Part shown: piece by piece, positions 13,519 through 27,233 of the stretch
How the letters are laid out: each line of letters begins with the position of its first letter
Position numbering within the stretch: position 1 is the first letter of the stretch
NCBI GenBank assembly: GCA_951406725.2
Contig: OX597837.1
Coordinates: forward strand, 28,830,001-28,894,000
DNA length: 64,000 nt
Direction of reading: 5' to 3'
Source: Octopus vulgaris
Taxonomy: Eukaryota
The notes under the pieces: model-generated
Databases searched by the model: none
Seen by the model: only the letters and a program-made list of their open reading frames with translations
Told to the model about the DNA's origin: nothing
Made by a program: the position numbers and the translations under genes

Positions 13519-13770
13519 ACAACTGCCACAAAGCAGAGGAACCATGGTGTAACCCACTATGGTGTGGTAAAACTTTCAGACCCTTGTCTAGATTGTGAAT
13601 CCTCTGTACCCCAGGATGGTTCAGCTCTCCACCCATTAAAAAAGCCACCGTTTACGGAATGAGGATAACAACATAGATTCGCGTGTAGTGGGTGGATCTT
13701 CAAGTTGCCGCACGCATTCTTAGTAGCTTAGAGTAGGCTCGAATTAGAGATTATTCTTTGTGGCTAATGG

Positions 13771-14007
13771 GAAGAAGAAGAAGAAGAAGAAGAAGAAGAA
13801 GAAGAAGAAGAAGAAGAAGAAGAAGAAGAAGAAGAAGAAGAGAAGGAGGAGAGGAGGAGGAGGAGGAGGAGAAGAAGAAGAAGAAGAAGAAGAAGAAGAA
13901 GAAGAAGAAGAAGAAGAAGAAGAAGAAGAAGAAGAAGAAGAAGAAGAAGAAGAAGAAGAAGAAGAAGAAGAAGAAGAAGAAGAAGAAGAAGAAGAAGAAG
14001 AAGAAGA
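13771..14007. repeat. (GAA)n/(GGA)n microsatellite
   Basis: Directly visible in the sequence. Confidence 0.98.
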
Positions 14008-14606
14008 CGACAACAGCGGCGAGGACGACGACATATTCTTAACTGAATATGGTAAGTCAGGAACATAAAACAATCTCACTCCTTTAACCTGAATCTTTTC
14101 AACTCAGTAAATCTTATTATTAATCTCGTAATAGGGGTGGCAAGCTGGCAGAATTGATAGTACGCCGAACAAAAAGATTAGTGGCATTTCGTCCGTCTTT
14201 ACGTTCTAAGATTAAAATTTCGCCGAGGTCGAATTTGCTTTTCATCCTTTCGGGATCGATAAAATAACTACCAGTTGAACTCCGGTTTCGATGTAATCAA
14301 TTTGCCCACTCGCCTGAAATTACCGGTCCTGTGCCAATATGGGAAACCATTGTTAATATTACGTCATAGTTAGGTTGATATCATAAGTGAGTGGAGTGTT
14401 TTAGTTGTAAAAGTGCTGTCTAATCTTTAAAAGAAATGTGTAAGAGAAAGAATGGGAGAGAGGAAGGAAGAGATTTAGTCAGAGAAGAGGGAGAGGGAGA
14501 GAGAGAAAGAGAGAAATGAAAATAAGGAAAATTAGGCCAAAATGGAGAGATTGATAGATACATTGATAGATAGGCATGTATATGTACATATACATACATA
14601 TACGTA

Positions 14607-14655
<49 letters not shown>

Positions 14656-14679
14656 GCGTGTGTGTGTGTGTGTATGAAC

Positions 14680-14792
<113 letters not shown>

Positions 14793-14875
14793 AAGGAATA
14801 CGCAAGTAAAAGAGACTTCGTTTCTTCGTGTCGATAGAATATAGTCAGCTGCTTCAATAATAGACTAAAGAAATA

Positions 14876-17800
14876 ATGTCTACAGGTCTGACAGAAGAAG
14901 ACATAAGAGATTTCCTTCATGACAACCCAGAATTCGTTGATAAATGGCTTTCAGAACACGGCATGGAAGAAATAGCACCCGATTTTTCGAAACATAAGAT
15001 TTTATCAAAAGCTGCCCTAAAATTTTGGGGTAAACTGTCTCCCAAACAAGATCCAACTCAATATCTTGAGAATTCGGTTGAGGAACCAGAGTTACCTGTT
15101 AGTAAGATGAATTTGTTCAGAGATACACTCAAAGTGGTTCAGTCAGACATTAATTCAACGAGAGTTACTAAAAAAATTCTTCAAAACGCCTGCATTTTGC
15201 TTCGTTGTCATGCAACGAGCCTTCTTTTGGTCCAAGGAGTTGGTAAAAATCGATTTCTTATTTCGGAAACCAACAATATTTCAACTAGATCTCAACCTGG
15301 CGAAATAGATAATACAGAAGAAGACACGGTTCATCTACCATTTGGCGAAGGAATTGTTGGTTTCGTAGCGGAAAACGAATGTTTAGTAAATATTAAAGAA
15401 GCGTGGCGTGATTCACGCCTTACGGAAAATATGAGAGAGACTAACTGTCAAATTAGATCGATTCTTTCGCTACCAATTTTCGATAAAAACGATCGTGTGA
15501 TAGGAGTAGCTAAAGCATTGAATAAATTGGATGGAGATAATTTCGATTCTAGTGATGAAAACTTATTCGAATGTTTTTCGAAAATTTGTGCTCTGAATCT
15601 CAACAATGATCAGTTCTTTAAGGCTGCCCAAGGAGAAACAATACGGCATCAAATGTTATTGAAACTCGGTCGGTGTTTTTTGAAAACTGGGGAGGATTTC
15701 CAGAGACTTGTATCTGAAATTCTTCAATACGCCATCAAAATGCTGGACTGTGATAATATCAGCATCTATTTAAGTGATGATATAGACGATGCACGTCAAC
15801 TGACCGAGTCAGCGAACGTTTTACAACTTTTGAAGGGAGACACTAAAGTAAAAAATACTCCTATAGACCCAATGTTCATATCATTTATTGAACGAAATAT
15901 GAATAGTGCTAGCATGGTGAATGTAGTTAGCGTGACTAATTTACATGATAGAACCAAATGGAAAACCAAAATCACATTGGATGGCGATATACTAAATTGG
16001 ATAATTTGCGTGACAATACACGGTGATCGCGATAGTGTAATTGGTTATATGATGTTTCTCAGGAAGACGATTAATACCTTTAGTGAAAATGACATTAATA
16101 TGTTGGAGACATTTGCCATTTTCTGCGGACTGGCGATTTATAACGACCATTTGTACAAAAGTTGCAATAAAATAACATCCAGCAAAGATTTCACATACGA
16201 ATTGCTTCAGTTTCACACGACTTGCGAAGAAGAAGAAGCTTATGACATGCAACATCAAGACATTCGCACAACAAGTCACTATAAACTTTACTCTTACAAT
16301 TTTATTAGTTATTTATACTCAGAAGACGAACAGGTTATATTGACTGCTCTTATGTTTATAGAAATGAACGCTCTAAATTCATTGAAAATATCCAAGTTTA
16401 CTTTGTATAGATGGATACTAACTGTGAAAAAAAACTATCGTCCTCTTACCTACCATAATTGGCAGCATGCTGTCACTGTTACTCAAGCAATGTTTTGTAT
16501 GTTGACCACCGGTAGATTACAAGTATATTTCAAAGAATTTGAACTAATATGTCTGCTAATAGCTTGCTTGTTTCATGACATTGATCACAGAGGAACCAAT
16601 AATGCATTCCAAGTGAATACAGCATCGCCTCTTGCTACTCTCTACAATACGTCTGTGTTGGAAAACCATCATATAAATCGAAGTATCATGATATTGCAAA
16701 ATGAAGATACAAATATTTTAAAAAACGTTTCAGCTGAAAAATATAAGAAGGCTCTCAAATTTATCGAGAAAGCAATCCTCGCTACAGACCTTGTAGATTA
16801 TTTTTTGAAAAGAAACACTTTTAGAAAACACATCGAAGGCGGTAACAAAACTTTTGAGTCTCGAGAAAGCGTTGAATTATTAACTAGTATGATAATGACT
16901 GCAGCTGATCTTACAGCTATTACCAAGCCATGGGATTTTCAAAAATTCTCAGTCATGTTATTGGCTGAGGAATTCTTTACACAAGGAGACATGGAAAGAG
17001 ATTATGATATTCCTCTGTTGCCGTTAATGGATCGCAATTGTATACGCGAAATACCACAAATGCAAGTTGGTTTTATTGATTTTGTGAGTACACTGCTTTA
17101 TAAAACTTTGTCAGAACTGCATGAAGAATTGGAGCCTTTATATCATGGGATGCTCGACAACAGAGCTCACTGGGCTGGTATTGCAAATGGTGATGAAATA
17201 TTTGATATTAAGAAAGAGTATGAATTAGCTTTAAAGACGTTTTACTCAGGAGTACCGATATCGAGTACGACTACTCCGATGTTACAAGTAAATGTAGCCA
17301 CACAGACAGTTCTAACATATTTAAATGTGGTGCTAGAGCAACAAACCATCCAAACCATACTTTCTTATCCTATTGAAGAATTAGTCACTGAGGATGATCT
17401 AACAATACCTGTTTCACCGGAAACTGAGATGATTACTAGAGTAACAAAGAATTGTCAAACCGATGAACTATCCCCAACTGTAAGCGAAGTATCTGTTCAG
17501 ACTTATGTACCTGCTACACGTACAGGTGAAGCCTCACCCGATGAACCACAACCACACGTATTCAGACGACAACCGTCCACTTTAACAAAATCTGGGAACT
17601 ACTCGGAATCAGAAAGTATAGTTTCATCACGTTCCAAGTCGTCATTATACAGGTCGCCTTATACAGCAAGACGATCAAGTTGTTTCGATGAGCTTCTTTA
17701 CGAAAGACGCCGGGAATTAGAGGAGGAAAAAGGAAAATCATTTAGAAATGCACTCTGTTTAGAAAAACCTTTGTCTATAACAAGATCATCGCGTGTTATT

Positions 17801-18283
17801 TTACCACCGAACCCAGTACGACGGGAAAGCACACAAACACGTTCCAGTGATTATATATTCAACAGAAGTTCGTCTACCATACGGTTTTCGATTGGGGAAA
17901 TTTCTCAAAGAGATGAAATTTTGTTTGAAAACATTCCGAAGAAGTCTTCTTTGAAATCCGAAATATCGGTGAAATCTCCCATTAAGGAGAACGAAAATGT
18001 TCGTAAGAAGAGTAAAGAGGTACAGATAACTTCGCCAAAAAAGAACAGACTGTCTTGGACGGATGCATACGAGGGTAGTGATAGTACAAAAGGTAGAATA
18101 CCTGTGGCTCGAAAGTCACTTTCTATACCGAGAGATCGAAAGGACAGTGTGGTTAAAAGATCGAGTTCAATAATGAAAAAAGATACGACACAGAATATCG
18201 AGTTTCGAAAACGAAAATGTGTGAAAGCTGTTCCAAAGAATTCTCAAAGGCGTAAAAGATTGGCTATTTGTGTGATTTGTTAG
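14876..18283 (+). CDS. Intronless cyclic-nucleotide phosphodiesterase, GAF-GAF-PDEase (PDE5/6/11-like), copy 2; CaaX-like tail CVIC
   Basis: Uninterrupted 1135-aa ORF. GIVGFVA, LNK...FDSSDE, YHNWQHA, HDIDHRG, ADLTAITKPW, EEFFTQGD, QVGFIDF. Collinear with copy 1. Confidence 0.93.
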   Translation: MSTGLTEEDIRDFLHDNPEFVDKWLSEHGMEEIAPDFSKHKILSKAALKFWGKLSPKQDPTQYLENSVEEPELPVSKMNLFRDTLKVVQSDINSTRVTKKILQNACILLRCHATSLLLVQGVGKNRFLISETNNISTRSQPGEIDNTEEDTVHLPFGEGIVGFVAENECLVNIKEAWRDSRLTENMRETNCQIRSILSLPIFDKNDRVIGVAKALNKLDGDNFDSSDENLFECFSKICALNLNNDQFFKAAQGETIRHQMLLKLGRCFLKTGEDFQRLVSEILQYAIKMLDCDNISIYLSDDIDDARQLTESANVLQLLKGDTKVKNTPIDPMFISFIERNMNSASMVNVVSVTNLHDRTKWKTKITLDGDILNWIICVTIHGDRDSVIGYMMFLRKTINTFSENDINMLETFAIFCGLAIYNDHLYKSCNKITSSKDFTYELLQFHTTCEEEEAYDMQHQDIRTTSHYKLYSYNFISYLYSEDEQVILTALMFIEMNALNSLKISKFTLYRWILTVKKNYRPLTYHNWQHAVTVTQAMFCMLTTGRLQVYFKEFELICLLIACLFHDIDHRGTNNAFQVNTASPLATLYNTSVLENHHINRSIMILQNEDTNILKNVSAEKYKKALKFIEKAILATDLVDYFLKRNTFRKHIEGGNKTFESRESVELLTSMIMTAADLTAITKPWDFQKFSVMLLAEEFFTQGDMERDYDIPLLPLMDRNCIREIPQMQVGFIDFVSTLLYKTLSELHEELEPLYHGMLDNRAHWAGIANGDEIFDIKKEYELALKTFYSGVPISSTTTPMLQVNVATQTVLTYLNVVLEQQTIQTILSYPIEELVTEDDLTIPVSPETEMITRVTKNCQTDELSPTVSEVSVQTYVPATRTGEASPDEPQPHVFRRQPSTLTKSGNYSESESIVSSRSKSSLYRSPYTARRSSCFDELLYERRRELEEEKGKSFRNALCLEKPLSITRSSRVILPPNPVRRESTQTRSSDYIFNRSSSTIRFSIGEISQRDEILFENIPKKSSLKSEISVKSPIKENENVRKKSKEVQITSPKKNRLSWTDAYEGSDSTKGRIPVARKSLSIPRDRKDSVVKRSSSIMKKDTTQNIEFRKRKCVKAVPKNSQRRKRLAICVIC

Positions 18284-18955
18284 ACCACCATTATATGGGC
18301 CGGAGGAACAACTGGTGTTCTAGTAACGAAAATAAAAATGAAATAACAAAGGCATTAAAATGTTTTCTTCTTTATGCACAAAGCCGACATTTTTGAGGAG
18401 AGGATGCGGGATTAGTCGAAATCATTGAATCCATTCCTTGACTCGTACTCCGAAGAAATGAAACGTAAAGTTAACCTCGGTGGGATTTGACTTCAGAAGG
18501 TATAGACGAGGGACAAATATGGTGAGGCATATATTCCGATACTAACGATTGTGCCACCTCATCGCCCTCACAACAGATATTAAAATATGCCGTTGAGAGA
18601 GTAATTAAATTAAATAAATTGATTAGCAAATATTTAAGTTTCTGGTTTCAAACTTTGGCATTTAAACCAGCAAATCAAACTCAAATATTCTGCTTTGTTT
18701 CATTTTAAAATCTAAACCGACCAGATCTGGCCTCTCACACCTACCCGACAATGTCATTCAAAAAACATATCACACTCTCGAAATCTCGAAGCTACGAGCT
18801 GGTAACAATGTATTTTACTGCCGACAGACAGAAACACAGACCACACACACAACCTAACATTCACTCTCACCCTGTATACATGCATACATACATACATACA
18901 TACATACATACATACATACATACATAATACATACATATATATATATATATATGTA

Positions 18956-20210
18956 CGAGGGGCGTTCAATAAGTAATGCCCCTGACCCACTTCTCATAGC
19001 AGTAGAGCAACGATACTTGGCACAGTTATTAGTCTTTTCCTACATAGGAACTACCCAGAGTTATGCATTTCTCCCATCGTTTGATACAGCTCTGGAGACC
19101 GTTTTTGTAGAAGACCCCAGCTTGGTCCTCCAACCACGACGTGACTTCAGAAATCAAGGCTGCATCATCTGGGAAACGCTTTCCTTTCAAAATCAACTTC
19201 ATGGCAGGGAAGAGGTGAAAATCAGAGGGTGCAAGGGGAGAAGTTCATAGCTGCACGCCTGTGCTTCTGATCTGGCGACACGCGAGTTGTGGACCGGAGC
19301 GTTTTCCTGCAGGAGGAGGATGCCTTTGCTGATCTTGCCCCGCCTCTTGATTTTGATAGCTTCTCTTAATTTCCTCAAAAGTGAAGCATAATAGGCTCCT
19401 GTAATTGTGGTACCCTTTGCCAGGAAATCTGTCATCACTACTCCGTCCTGGTCCCAGAAGACTGTGAGCATAACCTTGTCAGCGGAGGGCTGCACCCTTG
19501 CCTTCTTTGGAGGAGGTGAGTCACGGTGCTTTCACTGCATCGACTGGGCTTTGGTCTATGGATCATAGTGATGGACCCAGGTTTTATCCTGTGTGATCAG
19601 TCTTTTGAAAACTTTTTGACTCATCTTCTTGGCACATCTCCAAATTCATCCTCGAGCACTCAACGCGTTCTTGCTTCTGGAAAGTTGTGAGCAACCTGGA
19701 AATCCATCTGGCAGACACCTTTTGCATATGCAAATGGTCATGAATGATAGTTTCCACAGACCCGGTACTAATCTTGACCTTATGGGCAATTTGGCGAATA
19801 GTTATGCGTTGACCTTCCAAAATGGCAGCCTCAACTTGACGGACAGACGTCTCATCAACGGCAGAAGGGGGCGACCAGATCTGGGAGCTGTTTCCACAGA
19901 GTTCCGACTATGTTTGAATTCACAATGCCAGCGTTTTACAAGGTCATATGATGGGGCATCATCACCATAAGGTACTTTCATTTCATCAAAAGTCTCCCGT
20001 GGTGTGCGTCCTTTCAAATACAAAAACCAGATCACTGCTCGACACTCAACAGGCTCCATTTCACACTTGACTCAGTTCAAACACCTGTAAATCAGAAACC
20101 ACAATTAGTTCAGAGCTGTAATTCGCCACTTAATCTATAGACGTATAAATAAGTGCTAGATCAAACAAATGCAAGTGGGTCAGGGGCATTACTTATTGAA
20201 CGCATCCTCG
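18956..20210 (-). mobile_element. Mariner DNA transposon, full length, frameshifted transposase
   Basis: TIRs cgaggggcgttcaataagtaatgcccctgacccact / agtgggtcaggggcattacttattgaacgcatcctcg in a TA context. Motifs VSARWISRLL, KVMLTVFWD, LLLQENAPVH. Confidence 0.95.
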
Positions 20211-20369
20211 TGTATATATATATATACAAGATTAAACTTACTTGGAAATGGATGCGTGGCGTTCAATCACATAATAATATAAATAAAAATATATATATAT
20301 ATATATATATGTATGTACATTTATGTATGTACATATATGTATGTATATATATATATGTATGTATGTACA

Positions 20370-20476
<107 letters not shown>

Positions 20477-21133
20477 ATATATGGGTAATGGACGTCACAA
20501 ATTGTAAACAACATGAAATACGAAGACAAACTCGGGTACGCGAACAACGAGAGAAGCAAATGGAAAACATGACAAGTAACATAAAGAACGACCGTCATCA
20601 GTTGTCGTCTGTCCATCTGCTCCTCATTTCGAGCAATATGTATAACAAACGATGGATAGGTGTCATTTCGCTACAGCTGTTTCTAACAGTTGTCAATTGA
20701 TTAGTGAGTACATTATGTCATTATAAAAAGTTGCATGATTAATTCAAAGTAATCAAAGCAAATAAGCATTACATTTGACAGAGAACACTGAATGTTGAAG
20801 ATATAAGGTTGGCCGAAACAAATTGCGATTTACCTTTCATCTTGGAAGATTATTTTGCCATACTAAAGCAAGAAATACTTTTACGAAAATACCTGATGAA
20901 AAAAAAAAGACCCTGGAGCTGTTAAAAGATGCTAAAACATGATCGAATTTGGGTATAATTTCAAACCCCTATGGGAAGCATTACACGTGTAGTAAAGAAA
21001 CATCTGACCTGATGTCATCGAAATATTATCTTTCTTAACGACAAGAAATTAGAGATAAAACAATACATTCTATGCTACTATCTAAACGTAAGATTACTCT
21101 GCGATAAACACACAGGCACACGCACACACATAT

Positions 21134-21169
<36 letters not shown>

Positions 21170-21686
21170 GTGAAGGTGCAGGGCTCAGTGGTTAGAGTGT
21201 CGGGTTGAGAATCGCGAGGTTGTGAGCTCGATTCACGGACCGGGCTGTGTTGTGCTCTTGAGCAAGACACTTCGTTTCACATTGCTCCAGTTCACTCGGC
21301 TGTAGAAACATGTCAAGCTGAACCGCCCTTTGCCTTTCTCTTGGACAGCTGAGAGACTGATATGCATGGGTGACTGCTGACCCTCCACAAACAACCTTGC
21401 CTGGGCTTCTGCTTGGGTGGACAGCTTTTTAAGTGCAATCCATGGTCATTTAAATATATATAATTGAAAGTGCATAATTCAGTGGTTAGAGCGTCGAGCT
21501 CACAATATATACATACATACATACATACGTGTGCATGTATGCATACATATATAAATGCTATCTCTGAAGAGCGCTAGGTTACATAATTGGCTGTTAACCC
21601 TAACCCTAACCCTAACCCTAACCCTACAGCGAAACCGACTGGTAAGCTCGACTGTAATGTATATACAATACTGTACACCTCTATTA

Positions 21687-21757
<71 letters not shown>

Positions 21758-21779
21758 TAAAAAGAATTCCAACCTTGTC

Positions 21780-23210
21780 TGATTTTCACGTTTTATTTAC
21801 AATCTTATAATGATATATTATAAGATAATATATTATAATTGAATAAAATAAAATGAAATAGTAGAATGTTAAATATTCATTCTGATTGAACTAGTACTTT
21901 CATGCATTGAATTCTGCAATCTTCGGGTTCATGTAGTAGTGTTGACAGTCATGCTTCACAATTTTTGACTGTAGCAAGATGAGTGATTCTGTGCTATAAA
22001 TACAGCTGGGTAGGCTCCAGAGTGCTAGGTTTTGCAAACTGTATTCTGACCAATCAGTGTGTAGTATCACTCAATTACTTAAGCTGATTGGTTGGTTGAG
22101 CTGATTGGTTTAGGCATCACGCTTTGTTGGACAGGTCAAGAGTCCTGTATCTTGACCCTGGCCGAAGCAGCAATTGTTGGGTTATTTTTAGAAATGTTGT
22201 AAATATCCTTTGTCAGAGATTTTTATATTTTTATATTTCAATTGTCATCATCATCATTGTCAGCACCTTAATTATTGTTGCTAGTGGTGATGGTGGTGGC
22301 AATAGAACTTTTAACCCTAAACAAGATAATTTTCCTGCTATCTTCGTCTTGATCACCTTTAGTATTGTTGTTGTTGTTAGTGGTCATGGTCGTAGCAGTG
22401 GAAGTAATACCTCTAAGTATTATTATTATTGCTTATTTAGCTTGGGTTCGAATTTATCAATAAAATTCATTTCTCTGATTTTCCTCTCGATTTCACTTGG
22501 GCTGTGTAATTTGTAGAATGGAAATATTATATATATTTTCCGACCACATGTTGCTAGGTGGTTACTCAAAGGTATCTGACGGACCTCTGGGTCTCTAATC
22601 TGTTGCCGGTGTACACGTGAGCGTTCTAATAGTGCGTTTCCCGTCTGACCTACATATATTTCTTCACAATTTGGGCATTTGATGCAGTAAATTAAATTTC
22701 TGCTTTTGCAGTTCATATTCGCGTTTGTGAATATTTTCCCGGTTTTTGTGTTTATATATTGACCGGTATGTATGAATTGGCATGTGCCACATCGGCTATC
22801 ATTGCATTTAGATACCGTGAATGTTTGGTCTTTGTTGCTGAGGTCAAATTTTGCCTTTGTTAGTAATGTTTTCAAGTTTTTAGGCTGTCTTTTACTAAGC
22901 ACCATAGCTCGATCCTTGATTATGTCTTTTAATTCATTACTTTGGGCAATGATTGGTAGGTTTGCTTTGGCAATGTTGAAGATATTCTGGTGACATGGGT
23001 TGTGTGTCACTATGAATGGTATGACTTGTTCTTGTTTTCCTCTTCCTTGGGTTGTCCTAAGTTGTTGTATAGGTATTTTTATAGCCCGCTGTATGCCATT
23101 TTCTATAAGTAGAGATGGGTATTTTTGTTTGAGCAAAAATTCTCTTAGTTCTATTAGGCGTTTGTTCCTGATATTTGCATCTTCTACAATAGTACAAATT
23201 CTTCTGGCTA
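21780..23210 (-). mobile_element. 5'-truncated Penelope-like element (thumb plus GIY-YIG endonuclease and 3' region)
   Basis: ORF 22426-23210: CNDSRCGTC, NLIYCIKC...IYVGQT, QIPLSNHLATC. Confidence 0.9.
21887..21931 (-). ncRNA. Minimal hammerhead-like motif downstream of a Penelope-like ORF
   Basis: Minus strand reads TGAAC-CCGAAGA-TTGCA gaattcaa TGCAT-GAAA-GTACTA-GTTCA (U4C variant). Confidence 0.45.
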
Positions 23211-23304
23211 TATACATACATACATATATATATACATATATATATATATACATATATACATATATATATATACATATATATATATAAATATGTGTATATA
23301 TATG

Positions 23305-23369
<65 letters not shown>

Positions 23370-23470
23370 ATATACATACATACATACATATATATATATA
23401 CATATATATATATACATATATACATATATATATATACATATATATATATAAATATGTGTATATATATGTA

Positions 23471-23596
<126 letters not shown>

Positions 23597-24011
23597 TTTA
23601 TAATAGGATTAGCTCGTATACGAGTAGGTATATATTTGTAAAAAATGAAGTTCGAAAATGCTGCTATATTATACAATTTTTAATTTTTATATATACATTA
23701 TAACATGTTTCAGTTCCTGAAATGAACCTTATCAAAAAAAGTTATATATAAAAAAAGACAGCTCATGCCGTCAAACACAAGAAATTCATTTACAATACAC
23801 AACGGAGTCAGACATCTTAAAGTTCATATATAGTTTGAAGTAAGTTCATTCATGCTATATGTTCAAAGTGTTCGATGCAGTGGCCCACGGTGGCGATACG
23901 TATTCAATATAAAAAACAGATCAAAGTGGTGGAAAGCAGTCAATACAGAAGATTGATGTTCCCGAAAGAGCGCGGAATTCATTTTTACCTTGAGCAATTG
24001 TGATGACCCAT

Positions 24012-24525
24012 GTCAAGCAGAACGGGACGTTATCAACATTCTGTCCAATCGTGACCTATCGCTGTATTATAACTGCCTCTTGTCTGTATCCTGTTTTGAC
24101 CAGTCGTTTCGTTAGGTGGCTTAGTCAAGCAGAACGGGACGTCATCAAGATTCTGACCAATCACGACTTATAGCTGTATTAGATCTGCCCCTTTTCGTTA
24201 GGTGGCTTAGTCAAGCAGAACGGGATGTCATCAACATTCTGACCAATCGTGACCTATCGCTGTATTATAACTGCCTCTTGTCTGTATCCTGTTTTGACCA
24301 GTCGTTTCGTTAGGTGGCTTAGTCAAGCAGAACGGGACGTCATCAAGATTCTGCCCAATCACGACTTATAGCTGCATTAGATCTGCCCCCTGTCTGTTTC
24401 TTGTTAGGTGACTAGTCAAGCAGAAAAGGACGTCATCAATATTCTGACTAATCTCTGCCCCCTGTTTGTATCCTGTCCATTCTAGCAGAACTAGACGTCA
24501 TCAACGTGTTGACCAATCAGAATCG
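24012..24525. repeat. Tandem ~70-110-bp repeats with GACGTCA and CCAAT motifs in the Penelope 3' region
   Basis: gtcaagcagaacgggacgtcatcaa(c/g)attctgaccaatc recurs about 6 times. Confidence 0.85.
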
Positions 24526-24695
24526 GGTCTGACCCTTAGCTGTATCGTATGTGGTCAGTCCATCAGGGTCAGATTTGCACGAAAAAATTTTTTTCCTTTT
24601 TTACTAAGGCATATTTCCGTTAGTGCGAGTGACTGTTTAAGGTAGCGGCCGTGGTGGAATTTTGCTTCTCCTTTTCGGAGGACTTATCTTTTGTT

Positions 24696-26993
24696 TTAAT
24701 ATTCCTGGCCCAGGGTGTTTAAACTTGGTCTAAATTTTTTTATGAAATACAGTTCTTTATTTTGGCGTTGTGTGAAGGTTGCGTTGTCACTGAATTTATA
24801 GAGCGGGTTAGTTGTAAATTTCGGATCTACATTTTCAGCACATCTATCTATGTGTCCGCTGACCGGTATTTTGCGGTAATCAGGGTTTCTAATTTGTGAT
24901 TTATGCACCGCCATCCTGTTACGTAAGCTATTTTTTGTATGGCCTATATACTGCATATTGCAGCCTGCGCATGTTATGACGTAAATTAAGTTTTCTGATG
25001 CGCAGGTGAAGTTTGTTCTAATGGTGAACTGGTGGCCTTGTTCCAGTATAAATTCTGATCCTTCTTTCAAGATGACACAGATTCCGCAGTTGGGCCTTCC
25101 ACATTTTCTAACTGCTGGTTTTGTGGTTGATGTTGAGTGCAGTGTAGCTTGGGTTAAAATCCTTTTCAAGGATTTTGGTTGCCGTTTACTTTTAATGATG
25201 GTGTGTGTTTCGAGGATCCGGTTCATCTTTGGGTCTCCCTTTAGTAGGGCTGTGCTTTGTAGTATGGTGTTGAAGGCCTCATTGTTGAGTGGGTTGTGTG
25301 TAGAGATGTAGGGAAGGGTTTTTAATTGTTCTTTCTTTTTTGGTTTTGTTTGTCTCAGGTCTTCTATACTTAATTTAAGTACCCGTTGGATTGCACTGTG
25401 TATTAGGGGCTGTGGATAGTTTCTATTTGTGAGTGTGGTTCTAAGTTCCTGGAGACGTGTGTGTCGGGTGTTTGTGTCTGATATTATGGTGCAAATCCTT
25501 CTAGCTAAACAAAAAGGGACATTCATTCTAGTGTGTCGTGGGTGGCATGAATCAAAGGGTAGGTACTGTTTAGAGTCTGTCGGTTTATAGTAGATATCTG
25601 TCTCTATTTTGTTGCCGGTTTTCTTAATGAGGATGTCTAAAAATGGTAATTCTTTTTCGTTGTGATCCATCGTGAATTGTATATTGTCATTTATTCCATT
25701 TAATAGTATTTTAAATTCCTCAAGTTTCTCTATACCTTTGTCCCAGATGATGAAACAGTCATCGAGGTATCTTTTCCAGTTGTTATGGATATAGGTGGCG
25801 AAGGTGTTTCCATATTTCTCGAGTGTTATCCGGTATAGTATTTTCTCGAGGTATCCCATCACTAGGTTGGCAAAAGATGGTGCAGTACGCGTGCCCATCG
25901 CTGTTCCCGATCTTTGTCTGTAGAAATCATTGTCAAAAATAAAATAATTGTTCTCTAAAATGAATCTAAGTCCTTCTATTATAAGGTCTTTGTTTATGCG
26001 AGTTGGGAGTTCAAAGGGGTAGTTATTCAGCCAGAAGGTGATCGCTTCTATTCCTAGGTTGTGAGGGATGTTAGAATAAAGATTAACTACGTCGAATGAT
26101 ACTAGAAGGGTTTTCTCATTGACTGTTTTAGGGAGGTGGTTGAGCATATCTATATCGTCTCTTACGTAGCTTTTGATGTGTTTTAGGAAAGGTTTAAGAA
26201 GTGTGTCTAAGAAATTGCTGAGGCGGTGAGTTTCACATGCTGGCCCTGCTATTATCGGTCTTAGTTTAAGATCATTTGGTGAAGGGATTTTGATGAGTGT
26301 GTCGGTGGATGTTTTGCACGTTTCTCTAATTATTTGGCTTTTGTGTACCTTAGGGATACCATAGAACAAACTCGATTTGCATTTGAAGTTAGTGATGTAT
26401 TCATACTCCTTGTTCGTGAGTCCTTCTTGGTATGTGTTGATTAATGTCCTAAGGTTATGCATTATTTTTTGCTGATTATACTGTTGGGCCCTTTCATAAT
26501 ACGTTTCATCTCTTAATAGGGATAGCACTAAATTTTTATAATCGTTTGTATTCATTATTACTATCGCGTTGCCCTTATCTGCCTCCTTAATTGTTATTGT
26601 TTTGTCTTCTCTTAGTTTGATGAGGTCGTTCCATTCTCTTTTGTTGAAGTTAGGGCTGTGTTTTTGTTTCTTGATGAATTGAAACGGGAAATTAGTTATG
26701 TAGTCACAATAGCGGTCTAAGGCTTTATTCTTTCCCTTGGTGGGGGTGTAATTGCTCTTGTTTCTAGCTATTGAGTCCTCCTCTATTTGTTTGTCTTGAA
26801 ATGCCTCGGTGAGTCTTAGTTTTCTGCAAAATTCCGAAATATCATCTTTCATTTCATAGTAATTAGAACGTTGTGGGGTAGGTGTAAATTTAAGTCCTTT
26901 GGAGAGTATGCTTATTTCGTTAGGTGTAAGTTCTTTGTTTGAGAGATTGATTATCTTAATTACCTGAGGTTTCTTTTGTTTGTCCTTTGCCAT
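24696..26993 (-). CDS. Penelope-like RT + GIY-YIG endonuclease polyprotein (765 aa)
   Basis: [51 protein letters not shown]...YIGHT. Confidence 0.93.
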   Translation of the reverse strand: MAKDKQKKPQVIKIINLSNKELTPNEISILSKGLKFTPTPQRSNYYEMKDDISEFCRKLRLTEAFQDKQIEEDSIARNKSNYTPTKGKNKALDRYCDYITNFPFQFIKKQKHSPNFNKREWNDLIKLREDKTITIKEADKGNAIVIMNTNDYKNLVLSLLRDETYYERAQQYNQQKIMHNLRTLINTYQEGLTNKEYEYITNFKCKSSLFYGIPKVHKSQIIRETCKTSTDTLIKIPSPNDLKLRPIIAGPACETHRLSNFLDTLLKPFLKHIKSYVRDDIDMLNHLPKTVNEKTLLVSFDVVNLYSNIPHNLGIEAITFWLNNYPFELPTRINKDLIIEGLRFILENNYFIFDNDFYRQRSGTAMGTRTAPSFANLVMGYLEKILYRITLEKYGNTFATYIHNNWKRYLDDCFIIWDKGIEKLEEFKILLNGINDNIQFTMDHNEKELPFLDILIKKTGNKIETDIYYKPTDSKQYLPFDSCHPRHTRMNVPFCLARRICTIISDTNTRHTRLQELRTTLTNRNYPQPLIHSAIQRVLKLSIEDLRQTKPKKKEQLKTLPYISTHNPLNNEAFNTILQSTALLKGDPKMNRILETHTIIKSKRQPKSLKRILTQATLHSTSTTKPAVRKCGRPNCGICVILKEGSEFILEQGHQFTIRTNFTCASENLIYVITCAGCNMQYIGHTKNSLRNRMAVHKSQIRNPDYRKIPVSGHIDRCAENVDPKFTTNPLYKFSDNATFTQRQNKELYFIKKFRPSLNTLGQEY

Positions 26994-27134
26994 CGTGTGT
27001 CCCTGTTCCTGTGTGTAAGGTCTAAAAAATGGTTGGTGTAGTTATGTTCAAAGCTACTATTTATCTGTCTCATGTTGTTATAATTGTCAGAGTGAGTTTG
27101 TGGTGCTCTGTTCTGGATATACATATATATATAC

Positions 27135-27233
<99 letters not shown>

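Larger units (their letters stand above)
23640..27118 (-). mobile_element. Penelope-like element with apparently intact ORF and pLTR-like downstream region
   Basis: See CDS 24696-26993. Tandem repeats and a hammerhead remnant lie downstream; the element is bounded by (TA)n tracts. Confidence 0.85.

Noticed and set aside
21596-21626. (CCCTAA)n as a telomere or fusion scar
   Set aside because: Only about 5 units, embedded in repeat-like sequence.
24012-24525. Repeat array superficially like CRISPR
   Set aside because: Eukaryotic context, the spacers are themselves homologous, there are no cas genes, and the block lies in a Penelope 3' region.
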